From assembly GCA_963740085.1 (NCBI GenBank), contig CAVUCU010000001.1:448001-512000 (forward strand): 64,000 nt of DNA. The letters run 5' to 3'. The stretch's first letter is position 1, and every line of letters starts with the position of its first letter. Below are positions 42,069 through 51,229 of this stretch, piece by piece. This DNA comes from Nitrospirota bacterium (GTDB lineage: Bacteria; Nitrospirota; UBA9217). The position numbers were made by a program, and so were the translations under genes. The notes below the pieces were generated by a model that worked only from the letters and a program-made list of their open reading frames with translations, did not search any database and had not been told where the DNA came from.

Positions 42069-42869
42069 TCACCATAACAACGCGGACAGGAAATAATCAA
42101 GAATAAGGATCAGCATGCACGAGACGACCACAGCGCCTGTGGTCGACTTGCCGACACCCTCCGCCCCGCCCTCGGTATGGAATCCCTTATAGCAGCCGAT
42201 AAGCCCGACAACAGCGCCGAACACAAGCGCCTTGATGAGCCCATACCAGATATCAGTGACCTCGGTATTATTGATGCTGTTGTTGATATAGGTGACCGGG
42301 TTCGTCCCGAGCAACTTTACGCCGACGAAATAACCACCGGTGATGCCGATCATCATGCCGAGGATCGTGAGAAAGAACATCATCACCGTGCTCGCGATGA
42401 ACCGGGGCACGACGAGGTACTTCATCGGGTTCGTGGCAAGCGTCTCAAGGGCATCGATCTGCTCGGTCACCTTCATGGTCCCCAGTTCCGCAGCCATTGC
42501 GGCGCCCGCCCTGCCTGCCACCATGAGTCCCGTGAGCACCGGCCCGAGTTCCCTGGTCATGGACAGCGTAACGACCGTGCCGATCAGCGTCTCCGCTCCG
42601 AACCGCTTGAACCCCGTATAGCTCTGGAGCGCAAGCACCATGCCGGTCGAAAGCGCCGTGGTGAGCACCACGGGAATGGAGTTGAAGCCTATCTGCTCCA
42701 TCTGCTTCAGCACGCTCTTCGCGTAAAAGGGGCGGCTGAAGGTCCAGCGAAGCGTCTGGCCGAAGAAGATGAGAACGCTGCCGACCTCACCGAGGAACCT
42801 CGAGGTCCGTCGGGCCACCGCTTCAAGGACGTGATTGATATATCCGGGGGACCCGGCTGCTGATTCCAC
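42069..42869 (-). CDS. mlaE: MlaE-type ABC permease (start uncertain, possibly 42818)
   Basis: RELGPVLT...AGR.G...AELGTMKVTEQIDAL, GGAEGVG..TT. Confidence 0.93.
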   Translation of the reverse strand: MESAAGSPGYINHVLEAVARRTSRFLGEVGSVLIFFGQTLRWTFSRPFYAKSVLKQMEQIGFNSIPVVLTTALSTGMVLALQSYTGFKRFGAETLIGTVVTLSMTRELGPVLTGLMVAGRAGAAMAAELGTMKVTEQIDALETLATNPMKYLVVPRFIASTVMMFFLTILGMMIGITGGYFVGVKLLGTNPVTYINNSINNTEVTDIWYGLIKALVFGAVVGLIGCYKGFHTEGGAEGVGKSTTGAVVVSCMLILILDYFLSALLW

Positions 42870-43998
42870 AGAGCACCTCGTATGCGATCGTTCCGGTCAT
42901 CGCGGCGATATCGTCCGCCGTGATCCGTTCACTGCCCTGACTGCCGATCAACACGACCTCGTCGCCCTCGCTCGCCCCGGGGACGTCCGTCACATCGATC
43001 ATGCACATGTCCATGCACACCCTGCCGACCACGGGGACGCGAATGCCGCGGACCAGCGCCGCACCCTTGTTCGAGAGACCACGGCTATACCCGTCGGCGT
43101 ATCCGATCGGCAAGGTCGCGATGATGCTTTTCCGTTTCGTCGTGAAGGTGCGACCGTAACTGATCGGCACTCCGGCAGGCACGTTTTTGATGAACGCGAT
43201 GCGTGTTACGAGCGACAGCACCTGCCGCAGGTCCGCGCCGATCGTTCCCTCTTCAAGCGGGCTGTAGCCGTACAGCATCAAGCCCGGTCTGACCATGGTG
43301 AAGAACGCGCGATGGAAATCCAGCACCGCGGCGCTGTTTGCCGCATGGCGCACCGGCACGCTGATCTTTTTCGCTTCGAGTGCATTGAGAAGCGCCTCGA
43401 AGCGGTCCATCTGTCGTGACGCGAACTGCTTGTCCCGCAGGTCCGCATCGGCAAAGTGGGTCATCAGCCCCTGCACTGAAAGCGAGCCCAGCTTCCGGAG
43501 CGCGGCAATAAACTCCGGGGCGTCCTCGGGGGCAATGCCGATCCTGCCCATGCCCGTGTCGATCTTTACATGGATGTCGATCGTTGTCCTGCGTTTGTGC
43601 GCCGCCTCTGACAGCGCCTGCGCAACAGCGAGATTGAAGATCGCCGGCGTCAGTTTCAGCGACACGATCGCCTCGGCCTGCTCCGGAAACGTCGCGCCCA
43701 TGACCAGGATCGGCGCGAGAATGCCCGCATCGCGGAGTTCCCTGCCCTCTTCGACCAGGGCGACGCCGAACATGTCCGCGCCAAGCGTCTGGAGACGCCT
43801 TGACACCTCCACGGCCCCATGGCCATAGGCCCTTGCCTTGACAACGGCCAGGACCTGCTGGCCCTCCGCGTAACGAACAACTTCCCTGAAATTATGTTCA
43901 AGGGCATCCAGGTCGATCACGGCGCTCGTAGGCCGGTCGGCCGGGAATGCCGCCTTTGCCGATCGGTGAGGCCCCGTTTCAGTGGATGGTGCTCTCAT
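42823..43998 (-). CDS. alr: Alanine racemase
   Basis: AVVKA.AYGHG, KIDTGMGRIG, HAANS, VRPG, GYADG, GRVCMD. Confidence 0.97.
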   Translation of the reverse strand: MRAPSTETGPHRSAKAAFPADRPTSAVIDLDALEHNFREVVRYAEGQQVLAVVKARAYGHGAVEVSRRLQTLGADMFGVALVEEGRELRDAGILAPILVMGATFPEQAEAIVSLKLTPAIFNLAVAQALSEAAHKRRTTIDIHVKIDTGMGRIGIAPEDAPEFIAALRKLGSLSVQGLMTHFADADLRDKQFASRQMDRFEALLNALEAKKISVPVRHAANSAAVLDFHRAFFTMVRPGLMLYGYSPLEEGTIGADLRQVLSLVTRIAFIKNVPAGVPISYGRTFTTKRKSIIATLPIGYADGYSRGLSNKGAALVRGIRVPVVGRVCMDMCMIDVTDVPGASEGDEVVLIGSQGSERITADDIAAMTGTIAYEVLCGISSRVPRIYQSRP

Positions 43999-44173
43999 TG
44001 ATCTCCTCGAACTTGTCCGACGACGGCAGTATCTCTATCTTATCGAAAGACTGGGCGCAGTCCAGGCACTCCCAATGGTGAACGGTCCAGTGTTCAAAGT
44101 CCATTTCAAGACCAAGGTCGTCCTCCTGGAAAAGGTTGGTCCCTCCGCAGAACGGACACATGATGGGGTCCAT
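43979..44173 (-). CDS. Small acidic zinc-ribbon protein
   Basis: CPFC...CLDC, GGAGG RBS, overlaps the alr start. Confidence 0.65.
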   Translation of the reverse strand: MDPIMCPFCGGTNLFQEDDLGLEMDFEHWTVHHWECLDCAQSFDKIEILPSSDKFEEINESTIH

Positions 44174-44424
44174 AGCCGATCCTCCGATCTTCATCCCGAT
44201 GAACTTGCCCTGGCGCCCGGGAATGAGCATTCCTGTTCCTCCACTCGTCAATACGCAGAATGAACACGCACTGGCGGACCTTTCAGAAGACCGCGTAGTA
44301 ATACGTTTTTGCCCGACCAGTAAAAAAATCTACCGTGTTTTCAGATATTTTAAAGCGTACTCTATCACAGAGATATGCTTTTTGCAAAATATTTTTTGGC
44401 AGGAAGTTGCCGCAATTCGATGGA

Positions 44425-44461
44425 AATAAAACAGCCCATCCCCGTTATCGGGAATGGGCTG
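44425..44461 (-). terminator. Intrinsic terminator (minus strand)
   Basis: 13 bp stem, fully paired with a G-U pair only on the minus strand, followed by UUUUAUUU. Confidence 0.7.
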
Positions 44462-44560
44462 AGATCAGGAAGATTTCATGGGAACAGAGGGGTACTACAG
44501 GTGTCCAGTTCTTTGGGCTTTAACCCAATTATAATTTACAAAAGGAAGACAACGCTTCCC

Positions 44561-44589
44561 TTGACCCCGGACCAGTCTTTCTGTATGAT
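44561..44589 (+). promoter_or_regulatory. Sigma70 promoter
   Basis: TTGACC-N17-TATGAT upstream of 44622. Confidence 0.65.
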
Positions 44590-44621
44590 TCATCCATGCA
44601 GTATCAATTGCGGACATCCCC

Positions 44622-45773
44622 ATGACGAAAAACAAGTCTCTATTCGGCCTTCGCTTCGGGTCAAATGCGGAACTCAGTCCCACGCGGGAGGAATTGGAGG
44701 TTTTCCTGAGGCTCCCGAAAAGGGAAGGCGGACATGAATCGCAGGGCAACGACTTTGTACGGTACCGTGACCTGCTCGAAAGCATTAAGACATTCGAGCA
44801 GCGGCGACAATCCACCGAGCCGCAGACCTTCCGGGATAAAATGTACTATGGCGTGCTCGGCAATTCTCACTTCTTCAGCCCTGTTCTCCTGTCGGAGGTG
44901 GAACAGTACAAATATCACCTTCACTCGCTTAACAACCTCGATTTTAAGAAGCCGATAGCCTTCATCAAGGCCGCGGCAGATGAGACGAGCATGCTCAATC
45001 CTAAAAAACGGGATGATGCGCTCAAAATGGCCAGGCTTCGCACCATGATCGAAGAGCGGAAATGGGCGCTCGAACTTCTCGAGAAACGCCGGGAGGCGCT
45101 GGTCAAAGAGCTTGCCGACATCGCTTTGTACCTTCGGGACAACCTGGTCATGATCGAGAAACGCTGCGAAGCATCGATCGTCATTCTCGTGGACCTTCAG
45201 CTCTCGCGGAAAAAGGAAAACCAGCTTATCGAGGACATCAAATCACACTTCAAGGAACAGCTCAGAGACTCCCTTCGCAACGGTCCGGTCGCCGTGAAAT
45301 ACGTCGAGACCATAAAAAAAGACGTCGCCCAGCTCTCGAAGGAGATATCGTCCATGCTCAGGGAAGATGTCTACGCTTTGACCGGGTTGTACGAAGCCGT
45401 CCATGACCACGCAAAGAAGGCCGCGCTCAAGATCGACACCCTGATGGCGAAGGGCGGACACGGAAAGAACATTGGCATCGAAGATGACCGGGCGCACTTC
45501 ACGAAAATCGGGGAGGTCCTCGTCTCGCTCATTTCAGATCATCACTTCGAGTTGAAACCGGCTATAATTCGGAGCGAAACGGTTCACAACCGTATCCTGT
45601 CGGAAAAAAGAATGGAGCTGCTCGACCACGTTTCTCAACTTCTGCAAAAAGAGCGCAGGACCAGACGGGACCGACGATACACAGAAGATCGAAGAAAGTT
45701 CACTGAACCGGACCACACGGGTCCTGAACGGAGAAGCGGGAAAAACAGACGGTCCGGGAAAAAACGCAGATAA
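44622..45773 (+). CDS. Hypothetical helical protein with C-terminal ERR/DRR repeats
   Basis: 383 aa ORF with its own promoter; tail ERRTRRDRRYTEDRR...ERRSGKNRRSG. Confidence 0.75.
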   Translation: MTKNKSLFGLRFGSNAELSPTREELEVFLRLPKREGGHESQGNDFVRYRDLLESIKTFEQRRQSTEPQTFRDKMYYGVLGNSHFFSPVLLSEVEQYKYHLHSLNNLDFKKPIAFIKAAADETSMLNPKKRDDALKMARLRTMIEERKWALELLEKRREALVKELADIALYLRDNLVMIEKRCEASIVILVDLQLSRKKENQLIEDIKSHFKEQLRDSLRNGPVAVKYVETIKKDVAQLSKEISSMLREDVYALTGLYEAVHDHAKKAALKIDTLMAKGGHGKNIGIEDDRAHFTKIGEVLVSLISDHHFELKPAIIRSETVHNRILSEKRMELLDHVSQLLQKERRTRRDRRYTEDRRKFTEPDHTGPERRSGKNRRSGKKRR

Positions 45774-45824
45774 TTACGGTCTCAAAATCGAAACGACATG
45801 ATCAGAAAAGCTCCCGTCTTGTCA

Positions 45825-45927
45825 GCCACAAAAGGCGCATAAGACACAAAGCGAATTTTCAAATTTATAAAGGCGTTACCTCTGTGCTCTTCGTGACTTC
45901 TGTGGCAGATCCGTCTTCTTACGGACT
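45825..45927. repeat. Hairpin element, CACAAA type, with CTTACGGAC right end
   Basis: Arms and loop homologous to 31593-31663. Confidence 0.85.
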
Positions 45928-46023
45928 CAGTAATACGCGGTAAACCCGCGAGCTGACAAAATCTCACATTTTCCTTCTCCACTTTCCCCCCTTTTCTGTT
46001 ATAATGCCTCGCAAGGAGTTCCC

Positions 46024-46305
46024 ATGCGTCTTCCCAAAGAAATGATCAAACACATCGCCGATGCCATCGCCGCGAACCTTGAGAGCAAGGGTCTGGTTGA
46101 GTATGAGGTGTCGAGGCGCGAGATAGCCGAAAAGATCGCGGAGGTCATCACCGCGGACATGATGGCGGAGGAAGCGCTGAACAAGGACGTGGAAAAGCTC
46201 CTTTCCGCGCACGCTGACGAGATCGCCAGGGAGAACATGGACTACCGGAAGGTGTTCGATATGACCAGGCAGAAGCTCGCGAAGGAACGGGGGATCGTTT
46301 TGTAA
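46024..46305 (+). CDS. DUF507 family protein
   Basis: MRL.K..I..IA...DYRK.F...+.KLAKERGIVL. Confidence 0.82.
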   Translation: MRLPKEMIKHIADAIAANLESKGLVEYEVSRREIAEKIAEVITADMMAEEALNKDVEKLLSAHADEIARENMDYRKVFDMTRQKLAKERGIVL

Positions 46306-46324
46306 CACCGCCAAAGAATAATTA

Positions 46325-46432
46325 AACCTTTGACACGGATAAAGGCGGACTGAATTATGAAGAAGCAGGATAATTTCTTGATTTATCCGATTTTATCAGG
46401 ACCTTTATCAGAATTCATCCGTGTCAAAGGTT
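46325..46432. repeat. Hairpin element, CACGGAT type
   Basis: 16 bp perfect outer stem aacctttgacacggat / atccgtgtcaaaggtt. Confidence 0.9.
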
Positions 46433-46513
46433 CTTTCTTGACATTATAAGATTCGCGCAACCATGTTTACGTTTTCAAGATAAATAACATATGCAGGGAG
46501 AAGACCAACCGCC

Positions 46514-46792
46514 ATGCGCCTAAGCGAAGATAGGATCTCTCACCTGTCCCATCTGATCCAGGACATGCTGATCCGGAACAGGAACATCGATATACTGGAG
46601 ACGGAGGAACGCGTCCTCCGCGAGACCAAGCGGACCATCGCCGACGAGCTCAAATTCGAAGACGAGGCGGACGAGGCTGCGCGGCGCATCATCCAGTCGC
46701 TGTCGCGCAGGGTCCCCGAGGGCAGCCGCGAGTGGGACGTCCTCTATCGAAAATACCGGGAAGAAGAGATGAACAGGAGAAAAAAAGTTTGA
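46514..46792 (+). CDS. DUF507 family protein
   Basis: MRLSEDRISHLSH...VPEGSREWDVLYRKY.EEE. Confidence 0.85.
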   Translation: MRLSEDRISHLSHLIQDMLIRNRNIDILETEERVLRETKRTIADELKFEDEADEAARRIIQSLSRRVPEGSREWDVLYRKYREEEMNRRKKV

Positions 46793-48927
46793 ATAAAATC
46801 ATCCTTGCCGGTCTGGTCCTCTACCCCCTCTCTTCCGGCTTGGGATTCTTTCTCGGGCCGGACCCGTCAAACCTGCTCCTGACCATATGGCTGACGGGAT
46901 ACATCGTACTCGCCCTGGCCGTTTCCTTTGAGTCTTATTTTTCAGAGGAACGTCTGAATTTCTTCCCATTCATCGTCCTCGGCGTTGTCCTGTTGAATTT
47001 CTTCGTGCAGATCACGGGTGGTTCGCACTCTACGCTGTGGCCCGCCTATTTTCTCTTCGCCGTCATGGTCGCCGCGTTTGCCCCCCTGCTCCAGACATAT
47101 GGAACGATCTGCCTGATCCTCGGCATCGAATCATCCAATCTCTTTTTTTCAGGCCAGTGGCAGCCGGCGCGGTGGCCCGTGTATGCGGGCTTCGGCGCAT
47201 CCCTGTCCGGTCTGTCCATAGCCATCGCGCATATCATGCACCGTACCCGCAAGGAGGCCAAGCAACTCAAGGACGTCCATGACCGGTTGATCGCACATGC
47301 GGACGCCCTCGATCCGCTTGCGGAGGCGAACACCCTGGAATCGCTCATGGACCGGCAGACAACCGTGGTGAGCGCCGCGCGGGAGCGCGAGACCACCTTT
47401 AACGGGCTCATCGACATGATCTCCCGGTTCGTGCCCGCCCACTCCTACGCCCTCTTCCTGAAAGAGCGCCGCGAGTATGGCGAGGTCTTTGTACTGCGAG
47501 CGATCAGGACGGAAAGCAGCCATGCGATCCTGCCGGTGGGCACGGAACTGAGGGACAAGACCTACATCGATGTCTGCGCTGAGCAGAAGCAGCGTCAGTA
47601 CCTGTCCGACATCTCGGGAATGAGCACACCCCTGTCCAACCTGGGCTATTACAGGCACGATGCACGGAACGTGCCGATCAAGACCTTCCTTGCCGTTCCC
47701 GTGGTCCATGACGAGGTCACGATAGGCGTTATGGCGATGGACAGCCTTGAGGCGGGGGCGTTTTCTCTCGAGGACCAGGACCTTCTGGGCTACTTTGAGA
47801 CCTTTTTTATCCAGATCATCGAAAAGATCCAGCTTTCGCTCAACCTGAAGACCCGTGCCGACCACTTTCGCAGGCTGCATGAGATCAGCTCTGATCTGAA
47901 CAGCAGTCTCAAGTTCGGCGAGATCATGGACAAGGTGATCCCCCGGATCCAACAGCTGGTGCCCTTTGACTTCTGCGCATGCGTCCTGAAAAAGGAAGAC
48001 GAAGGCAAACCAAACCTTCAGTTCATTGCGCTCCATGGCTACGACGCGAAACTGATCAACACCGCCTTCCCCTTTGAAGACAGCGCCATCGCAACCTCCA
48101 TGCGGAAGCACTGGCAGGATGGCGGCGTCATCAGCCACTACACCGGGGACCTCGGCGACCGGGGCAGGGACATCGGGCTCTTCCCGTTCAAAGAACTCAA
48201 GAAGCCGATCAAGTCCTTGTACGGAAGGCTGCTGATCGCCAAGGACGACTGCATCGGCGCATTCTTTCTCGCCTCCCTCAAGACCGATGCGTTCTCGGAA
48301 TATCACCGCGGCCCCCTGCTCGACACGCTCATGAACCAGATCTCCCTGGTGGCGTATAATTCACTCCTCTACCAAAAGATCGAGGACCTGGCCAGGACCG
48401 ATGGTCTCACCGGGCTGCTGAACCACCGGACGTTCATGGAAAAACTTGCCGAAGAGTACCGCCGCCTCGATCGCGACGCGCGTCATTTCTCGATCCTGAT
48501 CATGGACATCGATAAGTTCAAGAACGTCAATGACGCCTATGGCCACCCCGTGGGAGATGTCGCACTTAAGTCGGTGGCGAAGGTGCTGCAGGAAACCGGC
48601 CGCGGCTCGGACTTTGTAGCGCGTTACGGAGGCGAGGAGTTCGCCATCGGCATGGTCGATACAAATATCAGGGGGGCCGAGCAGATGGCGGAACGCGTCC
48701 GCAAGCTCGTGGAAAAAACCGTGGCGGCCCGGGTGGGCGGCAATGAACTGATGCTCACCCTGAGCATCGGGGTCAGCAGCTTTCCCGAGGACACGAAGAA
48801 CACGGCCGAGCTGGTGATCATGGCGGACAATGCCCTGTACCAGGCAAAACGATCGGGCAGGAACCGCGTCTGCCTGCACAGGGATGTCAAAGACGCGGAA
48901 CCGGCGCCGGCAGAACCGGGGAGATGA
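46789..48927 (+). CDS. Membrane sensor diguanylate cyclase (TM-GAF-GAF-GGDEF)
   Basis: TDGLTGL.N, DIDKFK.VND.YGH..GD, RGSD I-site, GGEEF. Confidence 0.95.
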   Translation: MNKIILAGLVLYPLSSGLGFFLGPDPSNLLLTIWLTGYIVLALAVSFESYFSEERLNFFPFIVLGVVLLNFFVQITGGSHSTLWPAYFLFAVMVAAFAPLLQTYGTICLILGIESSNLFFSGQWQPARWPVYAGFGASLSGLSIAIAHIMHRTRKEAKQLKDVHDRLIAHADALDPLAEANTLESLMDRQTTVVSAARERETTFNGLIDMISRFVPAHSYALFLKERREYGEVFVLRAIRTESSHAILPVGTELRDKTYIDVCAEQKQRQYLSDISGMSTPLSNLGYYRHDARNVPIKTFLAVPVVHDEVTIGVMAMDSLEAGAFSLEDQDLLGYFETFFIQIIEKIQLSLNLKTRADHFRRLHEISSDLNSSLKFGEIMDKVIPRIQQLVPFDFCACVLKKEDEGKPNLQFIALHGYDAKLINTAFPFEDSAIATSMRKHWQDGGVISHYTGDLGDRGRDIGLFPFKELKKPIKSLYGRLLIAKDDCIGAFFLASLKTDAFSEYHRGPLLDTLMNQISLVAYNSLLYQKIEDLARTDGLTGLLNHRTFMEKLAEEYRRLDRDARHFSILIMDIDKFKNVNDAYGHPVGDVALKSVAKVLQETGRGSDFVARYGGEEFAIGMVDTNIRGAEQMAERVRKLVEKTVAARVGGNELMLTLSIGVSSFPEDTKNTAELVIMADNALYQAKRSGRNRVCLHRDVKDAEPAPAEPGR

Positions 48928-49090
48928 CCTTCATTAAGAAGAGCGGTAACGGCGACGAAGCCCGTATCGTCGCATGTCATGGGTAACGAAAAAAGACGAA
49001 TGACGTAACCGAATACCGAACCGGGCATCGTTACCTTAGCCGGTGTCGTGGGTAGTTTCGTAATTTGTATATTTGATTCTCCATCATGAT

Positions 49091-49116
49091 TCAACCTTTC
49101 CCTTTAATCGGGGTCT
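49091..49116 (+). promoter_or_regulatory. Putative ECF-type promoter
   Basis: TCAACC-N16-GTCT directly upstream of the ECF sigma gene. Confidence 0.45.
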
Positions 49117-49140
49117 CAATTATCAGAACACGGCGCGCGT

Positions 49141-49719
49141 ATGCTTATGGATGAAGACCTTGACCTGATCAACAGAACCATAGCGGGCGAGCGCGAGGCG
49201 TTCAATGAGCTTGTGATAAAGTATCAGAAGCCGCTCTACTCCCTGCTCTATCGCATGGTCAGCAACCGTGAGGACGCATCTGACCTTCTGCAAAAAACCC
49301 TGGTTCGGGCCTTCACCGGACTCGCTTCCTTCGAGCGGCGGTCGAGCTTTAAGACCTGGCTCTACCAGATCGCGATCAACCTTGCCAAGAACGTCTACCG
49401 CGACCGGTCAAAGGCCGTACATGTCCCGATCGATGACGTGGTCATCAGACGGGACCCCCGGACGCTCGACGCGCTGGTCCAGAAAGAGAGCAGGCTTCTG
49501 CTCCGGCAGGCGCTCGCGGGACTTCCGAAAAAACAGCGCATCACGGTCATGCTCAGGGTTCAGGAAAGCCGCAAGTTCGAGGAGATCGCTGAGATCATGC
49601 AATGCTCGCTCGGAACAGCCAAGGCGAATTATCATCACGGCGTGCAAAAGTTGAAGACGATGATGGGTGAGAAGAACAACGACGGCACGCAGGGGTCAGG
49701 AGACGGAAGCCATAAGTAA
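49141..49719 (+). CDS. ECF sigma factor
   Basis: AFNELV.KY, SSFKTWLYQIA.N, region 4 EEIAEIM. Confidence 0.93.
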   Translation: MLMDEDLDLINRTIAGEREAFNELVIKYQKPLYSLLYRMVSNREDASDLLQKTLVRAFTGLASFERRSSFKTWLYQIAINLAKNVYRDRSKAVHVPIDDVVIRRDPRTLDALVQKESRLLLRQALAGLPKKQRITVMLRVQESRKFEEIAEIMQCSLGTAKANYHHGVQKLKTMMGEKNNDGTQGSGDGSHK

Positions 49720-49723
49720 TACC

Positions 49724-50347
49724 ATGTGCAATGACAAGACCATAAAAGAACTGCTACCCGCCTACGTGGACCAGATGATTGACCGGGCGGAGAAGCGTAC
49801 CATCGAGAGCCATCTCGCGTCCTGCGACGATTGCCGCACCGAAGTGTCCCTTCTGCGCATGATGGTGGAAGAGACTGTGCCTGATCCCGGTGAGGCGTTT
49901 TGGGCCGCGATGCCTGATCGTGTGTACGAGGCTGTTCAGAAGCGCCAAACAAAAAAGAAGACCTTCGGCCTCGCCCGGCCTTTGGATTGGATGGTCCTTC
50001 CCCGCTGGACATGGGCAGCGGCAGCGGTGGGGACAATTCTCATCGTATCGTGGCTCGTCGTCACGCCCTCGCAGAAAATAACGGTGATGCCCGAATCGCA
50101 GGGAGACGAATTCTCCTATGAAACACCGGATACCGGGTCATTCGTCAGTGTTGCCGACCTTGACCAGGACGACCTCAGCACGATCGATTCCTGGGCAGGC
50201 AGTGAACTCGCCTCTATTGCCCAGGAGGCCGAACCGGTCCTCGCGAGCAGCGGGGATGCCGATATCTATGAAGAGATCGAAGATCTGAATGCGCAAGAAG
50301 TTGAACGGCTTTCAAAAAAGCTTGGGGAAATAAGACAGGAGGGATAG
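49724..50347 (+). CDS. Zinc-finger (HxxxCxxC) anti-sigma factor
   Basis: ELLPAYVD...HLASCDDC, one TM segment. Confidence 0.88.
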   Translation: MCNDKTIKELLPAYVDQMIDRAEKRTIESHLASCDDCRTEVSLLRMMVEETVPDPGEAFWAAMPDRVYEAVQKRQTKKKTFGLARPLDWMVLPRWTWAAAAVGTILIVSWLVVTPSQKITVMPESQGDEFSYETPDTGSFVSVADLDQDDLSTIDSWAGSELASIAQEAEPVLASSGDADIYEEIEDLNAQEVERLSKKLGEIRQEG

Positions 50348-50349
50348 CC

Positions 50350-51009
50350 ATGAATGCAGCGAAAATTTTTCTTACGGCTGCGCTGCTGACCGCAGTTACC
50401 ATGTCTGCCTTTGGCCAGCAGAGACCCGCATCGACACAACTCGGCGGGCAGTACAATGATTCGACGGGTGTCGGGAACACCGCACGGCCGGGACGCAGCG
50501 GGCCGATGTCAGAGGAAAGACGGGAAGAGGTCAGAAAGAAAATAGAGACCATAAGGATCTGGCGACTTACCGAGGCACTGAAGCTTGACGCCAACACCGG
50601 CGCGAAACTGTCCTCGTTTCTCGGCTCCTCTGATCGTCAGCGCAGGGATCTCCTCCGCGAGCGGACAGGGACGATACGTATTTTGAGAGGTGCCATCAGA
50701 TCGCCAAAACCGGACGAATCGCAGATCAAAACCTATCTCGAAAAACTTGAGAAGAACCATCATGCCATGCAAGAACTGATGAATAACGAGATGAGCGGAC
50801 TGAAAAACATCCTCACCATCGAACAGCAGGCGCAGTACGTTGTATTCCAGCATGAGTTCATGCACGAGATGCGCGGCATGATCGGCGGGGCCTACGGCAA
50901 TCCCGGTAAACGTGGAATGGGTGTCGGCGGGGCAGGCATGGGAGGCGGTCGGGGTCAGATGCGAGGTGGAACGGGGCAGGGAGCTGCAACTGAGCCTCCT
51001 GAAAAATAG
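50350..51009 (+). CDS. Periplasmic Spy/CpxP-like protein
   Basis: Signal peptide, L.L....., ILTIEQQA motif, Gly/Met-rich tail. Confidence 0.7.
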   Translation: MNAAKIFLTAALLTAVTMSAFGQQRPASTQLGGQYNDSTGVGNTARPGRSGPMSEERREEVRKKIETIRIWRLTEALKLDANTGAKLSSFLGSSDRQRRDLLRERTGTIRILRGAIRSPKPDESQIKTYLEKLEKNHHAMQELMNNEMSGLKNILTIEQQAQYVVFQHEFMHEMRGMIGGAYGNPGKRGMGVGGAGMGGGRGQMRGGTGQGAATEPPEK

Positions 51010-51229
51010 AACCGGTTGCGAAGCCGGTCCAAATCATCTTCGGAGAGGGTTCCAGATATCCCTGGTTCTTTCATGTCTTTGACGATCAGGCTCGGCTGCG
51101 CAGTGTGGCACGGAAGTGGCAAGATAATCCTCATCCTTCGTAACCTCCCCTTCAATATTCCGGGAATATTCACTCTTTTCGAGGATTGTGGTATGATGCG
51201 GTCTTATAACATGTCAGGAGCGTCCCACC

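Noticed and set aside
48930-49090. c-di-GMP riboswitch next to the cyclase
   Set aside because: The class I and class II consensus features were not found by eye on either strand.
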